DNA of 64,000 nucleotides from Octopus vulgaris. Taxonomy: Eukaryota. The notes beneath the pieces were generated by a model. It had not been told where the DNA came from. It saw only the letters and a list, made by a program, of their open reading frames with translations, and made no database searches. The stretch lies in assembly GCA_951406725.2 (NCBI GenBank), contig OX597815.1, forward strand, positions 39,494,001-39,558,000. Reading direction: 5' to 3'. Within the stretch, counting starts at the first letter, position 1. Each line of letters begins with the position of its first letter. The position numbers and the translations under genes are program-made. Positions 13,101 through 27,028 of this stretch are shown piece by piece.

Positions 13101-14019
13101 TGCGGGAATAGAAAGATAGAAAATAATTAATATGACGTCTTTATAACTAATTATTATTCGTTGATTTTAGTTACAGCTGGATACTTTGAATTAAAATAAA
13201 AAGAATTTACTAAACTTTTGGGGGGAGGGGGAGACGGAGGCTTGAATATATATTTTAGCTCACCTACACCAATATTTCACATATTCTGTACTACCAAGAT
13301 TCATTCTGTTTAAATTTATTTCCTCAGACTTTTGAAAAACCAGTCTGCTCCACAAATTATTAACTCAACTCATATTTTAGTTAAAATAAGACAAACACCT
13401 ATTTATCGACTTTGCTTTATTCCGACTGAATTACAGAATTTACTTCTCAGAACGCGTGGTTTCGCAATTATGATGATGACAACGTGACTATGCCAATACA
13501 ATCAAAATTTGGTAGTACTATCATAACAATTACCTAATGTTAATCTATTTAAGCCGACGTTAATAGTTTTCTTTTTCTTACAATTAAATCAAATACTATC
13601 AGTACAAAATAAAGCCAGGGAAAAGTATCTAGATGAAGGTTAACAGAATTTAAATCGCTTCAAGGCCAAACGACTTCAACAACATGCGTTTCTCTTTGCT
13701 CGGAAAATAGTTGTCACAGAAAGCAATTGTTGTTTAACTCCTGTGATGTCAGCTGATTTCCTGAAGATGTCCAAAATCAATCAAAACCTGTCATAAGAAA
13801 GTGTTAAACATGTAAACAAACCTTCACTGGTATCCCAGCATAGCCGCAGTTTTATGACCGAAACAAAGAAAAATAAAAGGTAAAAAGTTAAATAAATAAA
13901 ATAAAAGATAATTTTTTACGCCCTAGGAAGCATCAACGCTTCCTGTCGGCCTTGACACTTTCCTGTGTCCTTATGTTTACAAGGGGGAGACAAGCACCTT
14001 CACCCAGCTAAGCCTGCAT

Positions 14020-14059
14020 CTAGAGACTAGTTTCTGAGTCTTGTTCGTCATCAGTCTGG
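14020..14059 (-). ncRNA. Minimal type I hammerhead ribozyme motif
   Basis: Reverse complement CCAGA-CTGATGA-CGAacaagacTCA-GAAAC-TA-GTC-TCTAG; one mismatch each in stems I and II. Confidence 0.6.
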
Positions 14060-14277
14060 AGTAGTATGGCCTGCTAGCTGGAGATGGTTGTCTAGGTCGT
14101 GTAAATATATAAGAATTCTAGTGAAATAAATCCACTTCTAGTGAATAATCCTCTTATGGTAAGAGTTACTGGCGATATCACTAGAGAACATATGAAAATA
14201 TAAGAATACGTGGTGGACGATCAGTATTTGTATTAATAGAAATATTCAATGTCCTTGGTAATGAAATACCTCGAATT

Positions 14278-14494
14278 CTTTTCTTCTCAAGGCACAAGGC
14301 CCGAAGTTTTTGGGGAGGGGGCCAGTCGATCACATTGACCCCAGTACGCAACTGGTACTTAATTTATCGACCCCGAAAGGATGAAAGGCAAAATCGATCC
14401 CGGCGGAATTTGAACTCAGAACATGAAGACAGACGAAATACCGCTAAGTATTTTGTCTGGCGTGCTAATGTTTCTGCCAGCTCGCCACATTTTC
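14278..14494 (-). mobile_element. Family B SINE, full length
   Basis: Core CGACCCCGAAAGGATGAAAGGCAAAATCGA; near-TSD AATACCTC(G/A)AATT at 14265-14277 and 14495-14507. Confidence 0.8.
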
Positions 14495-15115
14495 AATACC
14501 TCAAATTAAGCAACCAAGGTAGATAACAAAACTAGAAGAAAATACCAATAGTCTATATCACAGAATAAGGTGTATAACGAATAATAAATTCGCAGCACAC
14601 CAATTATATCTTATAAGAAATTTACAAAAATGTACGCTACACTCTTGAGGGGAAATTAACAGCTTTAAGACATACTGAGTGAAAAACGTCATTAGCTAGG
14701 AAAATGTATTAAAAGCCATCCTTATCTAAAAAGTTTGCTGCTAATTCACAAACTGTATAGTAGAGGATTTAAAAAATCATCTTTATAAAAGAAACCCTAT
14801 TTTTAATTAATAATTTTGGCTTAAGACTTGGAATTAAAGAGAGATTACTGTGCCAACAATCAACTTCGTAACTTTTACAAAGTTGTGAAACAACTGCATT
14901 ATGGGAAGAGACGATATATTTAGATATTGATACACGATAACAACATTCTACAAAAAGTCAATAATATGCATATCTAAAAGGCACGGGAAAGATCAGATTG
15001 GGAGACAAAATTAGATTACTATAACATGTCAAATCTAACTAAGAACGAAAACATTGACTTAGTCGAAAATTATGGGTATAAACAATGCATACCTATAACA
15101 ACAACAACAACAACA

Positions 15116-15150
<35 letters not shown>

Positions 15151-15164
15151 AATAACTATAATAT

Positions 15165-15897
15165 CGATAATAAGCAGCCCAAGGTCAAGCGATAAAAACA
15201 AACAACTTGAGAAAAAATACATATGGAGAGACTGAGTCAGAAAAATGTAGAGCCTGTGGAACTTGGAACGAGAATGCACCAAGTTGGCACAGGAAGAAGA
15301 TAAATAGAGACACGACCAGGTTATGAAAGTTTTACACTGGAAACTGTGTCAGGAATGGAGATTTAAAGCTGAAAACACATGGTACAATCATCGAGTCGAA
15401 TGAGTACTAGAGTCAGAGAAATGTAAGATTTTGTGGGACTTACCTCTTCAAACGGAAAAGAAGTCAGAAAGTAATAGGCCAGATATTACAATCATAAATA
15501 AGGAAAAGCGAAGTTGTTTACTTATCGACTCATCATTCCCGTTTGATTCCAGGATCGTAAAGAAAGAGGAAGAATAACAAAAAGTATAAATACAATCCCT
15601 TACAGTTTGAAATAGGAAGAATTTGAAGCATGAGATCAGTAAAGGTGGTGCCTATAATAATTGGTGCGTTGGGAACAGTGAGTCAAGATATAGACAAATG
15701 GCTGAAGGAGACTGAAATAGAATGCCCGATAGAGCTCCCTCAGAAAGTTTGTCTCTTAGGGTCAGTAAGGATTATCAGGAGGATTCTAAGCACCCGAAAG
15801 ACTGCCGAAAACTTCTGATCACCTAAGGTTACAGGTAGTAACCTGCTACTCACATATATCCTACCAGGAATAAGACCAAACCTGAGCTTTGTTTCTA
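15165..15897 (+). mobile_element. Decayed R4/Dong-like LINE 3' part (CCHC and restriction-like endonuclease)
   Basis: RHDQVMKVLHWKLC..KILWDLPLQT..NRPDITII..VVPIIIGALG..QKVCLLGSVRIIRRIL; (AAT)n upstream and (GAT)n downstream. Confidence 0.8.
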
Positions 15898-16329
15898 TAA
15901 TGATGATGATGAAGAGGAGGAGGAGGAGGAGGATGGGGAGGAGGAAGAAATTCAGGCGCACTGCAACAAGTCGAAAGCTTATGCATAAATTCTATTCAAG
16001 GTGCTTCAATCGATTCATTTAAGACCTTTACTTACACAAGACGGTCACTAATGAACAGGCAGGTAAAAAGTAGAGTATGGGGAATAAAATACAAAAACAA
16101 TAGAAGTAAAGCAATAAATAAAAGATCATCGTGGATTTGGAAATAACATAAAACACCGGAAGACTATCAGAATTGTAGTAGTACTGTAGCGGTGAATCGA
16201 AACCACATCGCTTAAGAAATAAGTATTCTGGTATTTTGTATATCGGGCAGGTAAAACATAGGTGGTTTTTTTTTACAAAAAATATAATTGTTTGACCAGA
16301 AGAAAAGATTGTAAAGTAACAAAATAAAT

Positions 16330-16465
16330 AATTGTTTCAAATTTTGGCAAAAGGTCAATAATTTTGGGGAGAGGGACTTAGTTGATATTACATCAACTAC
16401 AGAATTCAACTGGTACTTATTTTATCGAACCCGAAAGAATGAATGGCAAAGTCGACTTGGGCCGA
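16330..16465 (-). mobile_element. Family B SINE fragment
   Basis: AACTGGTACTTATTTTATCGAACCCGAAAGAATGAATGGCAAAGTCGAC. Confidence 0.65.
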
Positions 16466-16880
16466 TGTATCATAACTTTAGCGACACAAGCAGTCAGCGC
16501 CATATTGGATGAGATCTCGCGGCAGCCATTGCCATCTCCGAGACCTCACTTGCATCCGTTTGCCATGCGTGAGATCACAATGAAGTTCACGATGGCAAAC
16601 TGTATATAAGGGCAAAGACAAACAGATTCAGTTTTTTTTCTTGCCGCCTCTTAGCAGCAGCGCTTGCTGATCGTGCTCCATTGGCTGGGCCTGTCTGTAT
16701 GTTGTACCTCCAGAGGCAATGTCCCCGCACTAATGGAGCTACTACACAACGCACACAGCTAAAAATGGTTGCTGAGAACAGCACACTTCACCTATCCTGT
16801 GAAACCTGTAAATAAACCAGTTGTAAATTGCATTTTGCACTTGAAGTCTTCTCTCTTCACCTGCCGGAGCCTGAACTACA
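16466..16880 (+). mobile_element. Possible solo LTR
   Basis: TGTA...TACA termini, TATATAAGGG at ~16603, AATAAA at ~16811; begins where the SINE breaks off; no convincing TSD. Confidence 0.35.
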
Positions 16881-17318
16881 CGAAGAACAAAAAGAGATAA
16901 TGGAGGGAGGCAATATTCTCTTGATATCGTAAACCTTGCCATCCATTATAAAATGGTGACCTCTGACGTAGAAAAGGTTGCCATCCATTATATAACTACC
17001 AAATAGTAATTAAAAACAATACTTGAGAAAGAGAGATTATCTCATTAATTCAGGAATTCTCCAAATTTCACATAATTTTAAGGATAAGGAGAGAATTATT
17101 CTCTGGAAATAAGAGGGCAGTCGTGGACACGTGTTCTTGGCTCAGCCCAAAAAATGTCACCAGCACAACAATTGTCCGATTTTATTCCAAGAGCACAAAG
17201 GACGTAAAGTTATACGAAAACGCGTAGAACATATTTATAGCCTAGGTAATTTGCATAATTTAAGCAAGTGTGAAATAAGAAAAATTTCACGAAGACGAAT
17301 AGATTTATATATGTGTTC

Positions 17319-17419
<101 letters not shown>

Positions 17420-17443
17420 TATATATATGTGTGTGTGTGTGTA

Positions 17444-18336
17444 CGAAGGGGGTGCTAAAGAGAAACCGGAATTTTACAATATTATTTTATTCACTTACTT
17501 TTACATGTTTACACTTTTATCACCTTCAAAGTATTTTCAATTTGAAGAAATACATCGGTCCAGGCGCGTTTTCCAATGCTCGAAGCAGTCCTGGAACTCT
17601 GGCGAAGTGATACCTTTAAACACCACCGTCATTTTTTTTTCTTCTTCACCTCTTCCACATCTGAAAACAATTTTCCTTTAAGGACTTTTTTCATTTAGGG
17701 GAACAAAAAGAAGTTGCAGGAGGCAAGGTCGGGTGAATAGGGAGTGTGGGTAAGCGGAGTCATGCTATTTTTGGTCAAAAACTATCTTACACCCAAGGCG
17801 GTGTGCGCAGGCGCATTGTCGTGATGAAACTACAGCTCTCCACTTTGCCACAGGTTGGGGCATTTTCGTCTCACCGCATCTTGCAAACGCTTCAGAACTG
17901 CCAAGTAAAATGTCTGGTTAGCAGTTTGACCAAGAGGAACAAATTCTGCGAGGACAATTTCTTTCACATCGATGAAACAAATCAACATCATCTTGACACT
18001 GGACTTCACTTGACGTGGTGACATTGAATGCTTTCCATTAATTTGTTTGCTGCTTCGTTTCCAGGTTGTAGCCGTAGTACCAGCTTTCGTCACTAGGGAT
18101 GACCTTCAAAAAAAAAGATCAGCTCCCAGCTGTTCAAATTAACTTCCAGCTGTTCGATACTCATTCAGTCCTGACTGCTTTCGATCTTCCGTGAGCAAGC
18201 GAGGCACAAATTTTGCTGCAACTCTTTTCATTCGCAATTCCTCGCTCAAAATTCGTTGGCAGGAGCTCCAGGATACACTAGTCATATCAACAAGTTCGTC
18301 AATTGTTCGTGGACGGTCCTCCAAGTTCAGTTTATT
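17444..18336 (-). pseudogene. Decayed mariner (DD34D-type) transposase with one TIR
   Basis: MEDRPRTIDEL..ELRMKRVAAKFVPRLLT (18139-18324); KMMLICFID..EFVPLGQTANQTFYLAVLKRLQDAVRRK (17830-18093); TA-CGAAGGGG terminus. Confidence 0.85.
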
Positions 18337-18928
18337 GCTAAGCCAATCCTGTTTCTTCTCCCCTCATTAATTCCTTCCTTCTCTCTCTCTCCCCCTTGGT
18401 GCCTTCGTCCCTTTCTTTCTCTCTCTCTCTTTGATTCCTTGCCCCCTGCTTTTCTTTCTCTCTCTTCCGTCCTCTCGCGTGACTGCCTTCAAACTGGTCT
18501 TTTCGACTTGACCGCTGCCATGTTAACACTGTTGTCTTCGTTTGCCGCAAAGGCATTTTTTCAAAATACGCCAGCCAAGATAAGTTAAAAATTGTCTGAA
18601 GTCGTAAGGCAACCGCTGTTTTGTCCTGTTATTACTATTCTTGTTTTTTATTTCTATTTTTTGTTTCTTGTATTTATACTCGTGTGGCATCCTGTCCTTG
18701 TTTCGTATACATTCGATCCTCTTTCCAAGAAATCTAATGCCCGTAGGTTAGTTTTTCTTTGGGGCTGGCCGTATCGGAGCGATATCAGGATTAATCAGCC
18801 GAAATTGCTAAGATGATCCGGTTCCCGACTGAAGATTAGAGGCTTCGAATGACCCGTCTGTTTTTTGGTGTCGTCTCTCTGTGTGTTTTTGCGTTCTTGT
18901 CCCATTTTGTAATTTATATTTAATTTCT

Positions 18929-18930
<2 letters not shown>
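18337..18930. repeat. Unclassified dispersed repeat (second copy near 46850-46985)
   Basis: Shared TTTTTCTTTGGGGCTGGCC..GGAGC.AT..GCCGAAATTGC..GACTGA.GAT..CGAATGA.CCGTC. Confidence 0.55.
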
Positions 18931-18974
<44 letters not shown>

Positions 18975-19350
18975 AATGATGGCGCAGAACTGAGTTGGGT
19001 GTGAAACCAAAACTCAACAAACGAGGTTTATGTGCATTTTCAAAATCATGCTATTTTGCGGCCAAATTCGAGTTCTTCGCTTTCTTCTGCCTCCTTTTTT
19101 GTCCGACTAATGGCATGTGCACGGTCCCGCTAATTTTCCATGATTATACCGTTCCAGGTCTGAAAACCAAAGTCCAATGAATATTAATTACTCTCATAAA
19201 AACTCCAACTAGCTCATAAACAACAAAACTGGCCCGGGCTGAAATGTGATAAGGAACTTAGCTCTTGATTTAGTGAGAAATTTTACTGCGACCCGACAAC
19301 GAACAGCAAGCACTAACACTAGACCCGGCAACACCGGATCATAATGCTAG
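18975..19350 (+). mobile_element. Non-autonomous Helitron-like 3' end
   Basis: GACCCGGCAACACCGGATC hairpin followed by CTAG|T at 19347-19351; start approximate. Confidence 0.55.
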
Positions 19351-19352
19351 TC

Positions 19353-19438
<86 letters not shown>

Positions 19439-19489
19439 TATGTGAAGATGTATATACACACATATACATGCATATATATATATACATAC

Positions 19490-19544
<55 letters not shown>

Positions 19545-19640
19545 ATCCAAACAGGAAAGCACAAAAAAACACAACAACGCGGGGACGTGGAACAAATATA
19601 GTATTATTGGACGCTCAGGAAAGAAGGAAAGAAGAAGTGT

Positions 19641-19672
19641 TTAACGTTTCGAGCAGAGCTCTTCGTCGGAAA
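19641..19672 (-). ncRNA. Hammerhead-like variant (CCGACGA core)
   Basis: Reverse complement TTT-CCGACGA-A-GAGC-tct-GCTC-GAAACGTTA-AA; homologous copy at ~47897-47929. Confidence 0.35.
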
Positions 19673-19808
19673 CATAGGAGAAGGAATATATATATTTATA
19701 TATATATACATAAAGATATATGTGAAGATGTATATACACACATATACATGCATATATATATACATACATACATATATATATACATACATACATGCATACA
19801 TACATACA

Positions 19809-19842
<34 letters not shown>

Positions 19843-19852
19843 CATACATAGA

Positions 19853-19975
<123 letters not shown>

Positions 19976-20081
19976 GTATAAATTTATATAAATTTTTACA
20001 TATATGTATGTATACGTTCGTATATGTAAGTATTAGTATTTTATATATATATATGTGTATTTATGTTACTATCTGAGTATG

Positions 20082-20137
20082 TTCCACTGATGAGGCAAAG
20101 CATTTCTTATGCAAAGCCAGAAATCAGGGATCTGGAA
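20082..20137 (+). ncRNA. Type I hammerhead ribozyme motif
   Basis: TTCCA-CTGATGA-GGC..GCAT-ttctt-ATGC..GCC-a-GAAATC-agg-GATC-TGGAA; one extra nt before GAAA. Confidence 0.65.
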
Positions 20138-20929
20138 TTATCCAGTAATCTTTTTGCTAGTTCATCTTGTCATTTTTGTCTTCTCTCCTGATGCTATATG
20201 AACATTTAGTGCGGTATGCACACATACCGACAGACAGACACACATGCTCAGTTTATATATATATATATATAAATATAAATATAAATATAACTTTTTTTGA
20301 TAAGGTTCATTTCAGGAACTGAAACATGTTATAATGTATATATAAAAATTAAAAATTGTATAATACAGCAGCATTTTCGAACTTCATTTTTTACAAATAT
20401 ATACCTACTCGTATACGAGCTAATCCTATTATAAATATATATATATATATATACATACATATACATATATATATATATATATATACATGCACATATATAT
20501 ATACATACAAATATTTACAAATACATATATATACATATGCATATACATACATGCATGCATACATACATACATACATACATACATACATACATACATGCAT
20601 GCATACATACATACATACATACATACATACATACATACATACATACATACATACATACATACATACATACATACATACATACATACATACATGCATGTAT
20701 AATTTTGAGTTATTGTAGAAACGGACGGCAGATCATGGATTTGATTTCAGGCAGACCACTTTGCTAACTGACCTGTATAAAATATGAAGACCAAAGAAGC
20801 ACTTCTTGGGATTTCATAATCTTTCTTTTATTCTACTTGCTTTGGTAAATATACAGCTAAAGGTAATATATCATTCAAATAAATACAGTCTTTAAAGGTA
20901 CTGAAAAACAAAATTGAAAAATATATTTC

Positions 20930-21285
20930 TTTTCCTTGTTTCAGACAGTAGGTTACTGTCATGCTGAAGCACGGCTTTGAAGAATTTTAGTCGAACGGAT
21001 CGACCCCAGTACTGTTAGTTTACGGGGACGTAAACACACCAACACCGGTTATCTAGCTATGGTGGGAGACAAACACAGACACAAAGATAAGCGCGCACAC
21101 ACACGCACTCACACATAGACACACACATACACACACCTATACGGCAGACTTCTTTTAGTTTTCATCTACCAAATTCACAGACAAAACTATGGTCGGCCCG
21201 CGGTTGTAGTAGAAGTCCAAGGTGTCACGCAGTATATGTATATGTCCAAGGTGTCACGCAGTGGGACTGAACCCAGAACCATATG
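20930..21285 (-). mobile_element. Degenerate family A SINE
   Basis: GGGGACGTAAACACACC..GTCACGCAGTGGGACTGAACCC. Confidence 0.7.
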
Positions 21286-21815
21286 ACGCTTTTGCTTATA
21301 CAGTGATTTTTTTTTTTACATATATATTTTAATAGATTAATCTGTAGCGGGGAAAGGCAGTACCAATTACAATTTTCGGGAGATAGGCTTGCAGTAATCC
21401 TCAGATTAATGACCTGCCAAGAGTACATACAGCAGATTGTACTCCGCTAAACGTACTCAAGTTCTACTGGGCAACAGATTGTTCAAGAGACACATCAACT
21501 CCATAGTTTCCTTTTCTTAAATGTCATTCACAAGGCTTTGTTCGACTTGGAGGTTTGGTAATTAATGCTTGCTTGGGGGTGCTGTGCTCGAAACCATGAA
21601 GTAGCTAAATAAATTTCTTAATCTCAGAGATTTGCTTTCATCCTTGAAGAGAGTGATAACAAGAGAGAGGCATACAGATACTGCCGTAGTGTCTGTTGTA
21701 ATAGAAATAAACTGATAAAAACAAAGAAGAATGTGGATAAAGAAAAATAAAGCCACCTGTTCATCTATCCTTCACCTCAAAATTTGTAACAAATTGTACT
21801 CTTAGGTTGTGTATA

Positions 21816-21859
21816 TACTTTACCTCCTATGGGTAAATTTACCCATAGGAGGTAAAGTA
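21816..21859. repeat. Perfect 44-bp palindrome
   Basis: TACTTTACCTCCTATGGGTAAA|TTTACCCATAGGAGGTAAAGTA. Confidence 0.95.
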
Positions 21860-22262
21860 ATGAAAAAACATTGCTTTATACAATCATTCCACCTGTATAT
21901 AACATCTACATACATATTCCAGTCTCAAAGAACCCTCAAAGGCTACGTGCACAGCTCTGAGTTCTAGACCAAACGGAAGAAAATGTGCGTGTGTGTGTGT
22001 GTGTGCGCGCGTGCGTTGTGCACGTGCGCATACATACAGACACCCAAACACACACACATACAGACACCCAAACACACACACATACATACACGCGCACGCA
22101 CACGCACATATATTAGTCCTAGGTATATTATATGCGCACAAATATAAACAGCGTCTCTTAAACTTTAAGCATTGTTTCTTTGCCAATAACCCAAATTTAT
22201 ATATATAGATATATATAGATATATATATATATATATACATATATATAATCATATATATATAC

Positions 22263-22372
<110 letters not shown>

Positions 22373-22797
22373 CTGGAAAACATAAAGAAAAGTAGAGAGC
22401 AATAATTATCGTAAAAGAAAGTACCAAGGGACTGACATTTTGAATTATTATCATTAATAACAATAATAAAAGGTACGAGTTAATTCCCTACCCACTCATA
22501 CATAATTGATACACAACCTGTAAGTACAGCTTTTTCCTGGACACAAGCTTGTATCAAAATACACAAACGCACGCACACTAATATGCAAATACATACATAC
22601 ATGCATACGCTGTTTTTATACCACCTTTTTTTTTTTTTTCACATTTCTGCTCTGACTACTTTGTGTATGTATGTGAGCGGTTTTGTAGTTGTGTGCATGT
22701 TTTTCCCGTGCAAAGCGGTGTTGTACTCATAATGTCAAAGCATAATTTAACGAATCGGTAAATATAGACCGATGAAATAAGTGTTAGTATCGATATA

Positions 22798-22928
22798 GGC
22801 GTAGGAGTGGCTGGTTCCGGGTTCAGTCCCACTGCGTGGCGCCTTGGGCAAATGTCTTCTACTCTAGCCTCGGGCCGACCAAAGCCTTGTGAGTTGATTT
22901 GGTAGACGGGAACTGAAAGAAGCCCTTC

Positions 22929-22992
<64 letters not shown>

Positions 22993-23193
22993 TTGTGTGT
23001 CTGTGTTTGTCGCCCCAACATCGCTTGACAACCGATGCTAGTGTGTTCACGCCCCCGTAAACTAGGGGTTCGAGAAAAGAGACCGATAGAATAAGTACTA
23101 GGCTTACAAAGAATAAGTTCTGGGGGTCGATTTCCTCGACTAAAGGCGGTGCTCCAGCATGGCCACAGTCAAATGACTGCAACAAGTAAAAGA
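22798..23193 (+). mobile_element. Family A SINE with a deletion in the head
   Basis: GGCGTAGGAGTGGCT|GGTTCCGGGTTCAGTCCC..(GT)n..GGCGGTGCTCCAGCATGGCC..CAAGTAAAAG. Confidence 0.85.
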
Positions 23194-23384
23194 AATATGA
23201 CTGGCTAAACCCTTCGGAAGTGCTGCTCTAGCTTGACTACTTTCCAGTAACTAAATGCCAGTAAAAGAACATTAATCTAGTCGAACTAACGATTCTTCAT
23301 GGTGATAACATGGACACCACTCGGGATCGAAAGATTGACAATTATGTAAACGTTCGCGAGAAATGGCTGGAAAGCGGAGTATTC

Positions 23385-23738
<354 letters not shown>

Positions 23739-23965
23739 GTTCCCATTGGTTAAAATTACTGCCCATATTCGTCAAAGAGAAATCTTTCACGAAATACCGT
23801 TCTTAGAATTCAGGTATGAGCAGTTATAAAAACTCTGATTTTGGGAGATTAATCAGTGTTCGTTGGTTGTCATTCGATTCCACGACACTCTCTCTCAATG
23901 ATCGTTGGTTGTCACTCATTTCCACGACACTCACTCTCTTGAGATATAGGTTATTGTTATGCCAT

Positions 23966-24359
23966 GTGTGGAGGCGCAATGGCCCAGTGGTTAGGGCAGC
24001 GGACTCGCGGTCATAGGATCGCGGTTTCGATTCCCAGACCGGGCGTTGTGAGTGTTTATTGAGTGAAAACACCTAAAAGCTCCACGAGGCTCCGGCAGGG
24101 GATGGTGGTGATCCCTGCTGTACTCTTTCACCACAACTTTCTCTCACTCTTACTTCCTGTTTCTGTTGTACCTGTATTTCAAGAGGCCGGCCTTGTCACT
24201 CTCTGTGTCACGCTGAATATCCCCGAGAACTACGTTAAGGGTACACGTGTCTGTGGAGTGCTCAGCCACTTACACGTTAATTTCACGAGCAGGCTGTTCC
24301 GTTGATTCGGATCAACTGGAACCCTCATCGTTGTAACCGACGGAGTGCTTCCATATATA
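23966..24359 (+). mobile_element. Family C tRNA(Arg)-like SINE, full length
   Basis: Head TGGCCCAGTGGTTAGGGCAGCGGACTCGCGGTC..GGTTTCGATTCCC; TSD TGTTATGCCAT at 23955-23965 and 24360-24370. Confidence 0.85.
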
Positions 24360-24629
24360 TGTTATGCCATATAAGTAACTGGTTTATCACCATAGATTTC
24401 TACTCAATAAACATATATATTTATTATCTTTTCCAAGTTTGAACACGTTATAAATTGAGGACCAACCGACGTTGATTACGAAGTCTACTCAGGAAAATAA
24501 TCACCACATAAGTTAGATAATTCACCATTATAAAAACAAAAATTAGTAGAAATGTTTGGCCGAAATTATATAAGTTAGTCTAAAAGCTGAAAGGGATTTC
24601 GTTGTTTGGTTGAGTGTAGGTCTAATCAG

Positions 24630-25043
24630 GGATCTTTTCGGTTTGAACAGCAGTTTTTAACATAATTTCTAGGTAACTAAAAAATTTTAAACTTCGTATA
24701 CTAGTAGATTGTGTTTATAAAACATCTTTTTCTCTTAGCTTTATTGAGACAATTCTATAGTTTTTAAGATTTTTTTTCTTCAATTTCTGCAATTTCAACC
24801 AATCACTGAGGTAAAAAACATTCTGTGCCGTATGAATATGTCCCTCGTTTAAGAAACAGATTGGATTTATTTACATTTGTGAAGAAAAAAAGATACCCTT
24901 CCTCCCACCCCTAACCCTAACCCTAACTAACCCTAACCCTAAAATAGATTGAAATACAATAGATCGATAATAGGGTCAAAATTATGGGTGACAATTTCAT
25001 ATGACACCGCTAGAAAAAACTGCCGTTCAAACCGAAAAGATCC
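24630..25043. mobile_element. Second, inverted copy of the TTAGGG-carrying Merlin-like MITE
   Basis: GGATCTTTTCGGTTTGAAC..GTTCAAACCGAAAAGATCC; TSD CTAATCAG at 24622-24629 and 25044-25051; CCCTAA tract at ~24909-24942. Confidence 0.9.
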
Positions 25044-25283
25044 CTAATCAGTTGTCACTACATATAGTAGGACGGGTGAAATATTTAAGGTTATCTTTTA
25101 AAACATTCTATATTTAACAGTGTTGACTCTCTCTATCTGTCTCTCTCTCCCTCTCCCTTTCTCTGTGTCTTTCTGTCTTTGTGTGTGTACGTAAAAGACA
25201 TTTTCCCTTTCCCGTGCGTCAAACTAATACACCTGCTTGTTGCTCATACACCTGTCTTCGTCTTTTGTTTTTCTGTAAATTTC

Positions 25284-25316
<33 letters not shown>

Positions 25317-25319
<3 letters not shown>

Positions 25320-26340
25320 TATTATAAAAGGCAGATTTTATCTGCCTCCCTTTGTCTCTTATAGAAATCTACAATATAGGATTTCTTCAATTACAATTTA
25401 CCTAGCATTTTTAAGAGTAGAATAAATCGGGTCGTGCCAGGTCCAGTTTTTAAAATTTCAACCCCAATTAAGCAAAATTTAGAGAAAACTCACATTGTGG
25501 TGTGTAAGTCAAGTGCTTTTCTTAGTGTGGGCTACAGCACACGCACACACACACACACAAAAACGGAGCGATCTGCTTCACTCACGCTATCACCCTAATT
25601 TCTACTCCTTTCTCTTTGCAAGTGTGCAACGATTAAAGTGAAACTATTTCTATAAAACAAGAGAAGTGTACCTTAAACCACTACTCAAAAAAAAAACAGC
25701 AAACAGAAACAAATAAATACATAACGATTTACTCCTCACACAATTTCTTCAATTAGAGTTTACCTATGATTTTTCAAAGTACCTCCTTTCGGTCATGCCA
25801 TACAAAATTTCTTTCCATTTCACCCCCAATTAAGACAGAATTCGAGAAAACTCAATATTTTAACATTTCACTCCGAAAGCATTGATGTACATGTGTGCGT
25901 GCGTGCGTGAGTGTGTGTGTGTGTGTTTGATGGGATGTGCGACACAGAAAGTGTGGTGTGTAAGTGAAGTGCTTTTGTTAGTGTGTGTAAAGAGACAGAG
26001 AGAGTACACATACCTACGTACACCTAAAGCACGCACACACACACACACACAAGCGGAGCGCGAACTTCAAAAGAAATTCGCGCGCTATCTATCTGGTTTG
26101 CCATTCCTCACACACACGCATACACATACATATATGACAGTGACAAACACAAACGTTTCAAACAACTACATACAAACACGTGTGTGTTTGTTATTAGTAA
26201 AAAAGGCGCCAAACACAACTCACTTCTCATTCGAACACATTTGCAAAAACACACCGACGGTCGGATTGCCATAACAATACAGAAAAGGTAAATTGGTTTT
26301 TAATTTACTTTCTGTCGTTAAATTTTGGTAGTATTAATTG
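25317..26340 (+). mobile_element. Helitron-like 5' portion
   Basis: A|TCTTATTATAAAAGGCAGA start; internal imperfect duplication CCCCAATTAAG..GAGAAAACTCA (~25460, ~25823); right end approximate. Confidence 0.4.
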
Positions 26341-26634
26341 GCGAGCCGAGCTTCTTTCAGTATATATTTATACATACATAAATATATACACATATTCTGT
26401 ATATATTTTATTATATAATATTATATATAGATATATGTATATATAATTGCAGTATGAAACAGTGTTTATGTATAAACAGACGACACTTATATATAGTTAT
26501 TAATAAATGTATGCATCCGTTTAAAAGAAAAACCAAAAAATATTTTATTCTTTATAAATGTTGTGTTCAAAATAACATTTTCTTTTAAGAATGTGTATAT
26601 AACAAAGTATGTGTATATAACTACGTGGCTTATA

Positions 26635-27028
26635 TCTTTATATATAAAAGTGAAGTTGTGTGTCTGTCTCCTACGATTTAGATTCGTAACTACTCCTACA
26701 TTTTGCGGTGCAGTTTAACCAAAAGCGGGTATCTTATAGTCGTGATTCATATCGAGCCCTTCTGGGTATTAGCGCGCGTCTACGATGAGTCTACGATTTT
26801 AAAAAATTTAGCATCCTATTTTTCCATTTTAATGCATTTTTTTCGCTATTATATAAGGGAAGTAACTCTCTAAAAATATCTACGATGTGTCAACGATTTA
26901 AAAAAAAATTACCTTAATTTATTTTCCATTTTTAATGCATTTTTTGCTATTTTTTGGCTATAACTCTCTAAAAATGCTTATATAGTTATTTCCCTTACAA
27001 ACCCGAGCAACGCCGGGCGATACTGCTA

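Noticed and set aside
23855-23940. Two-unit direct repeat (similar case at 5985-6050)
   Set aside because: Simple tandem duplication without unique spacers; not CRISPR
23966-24045. tRNA-like sequence (also 53365-53442)
   Set aside because: It is a SINE head with body and TSD, and lacks a proper acceptor stem
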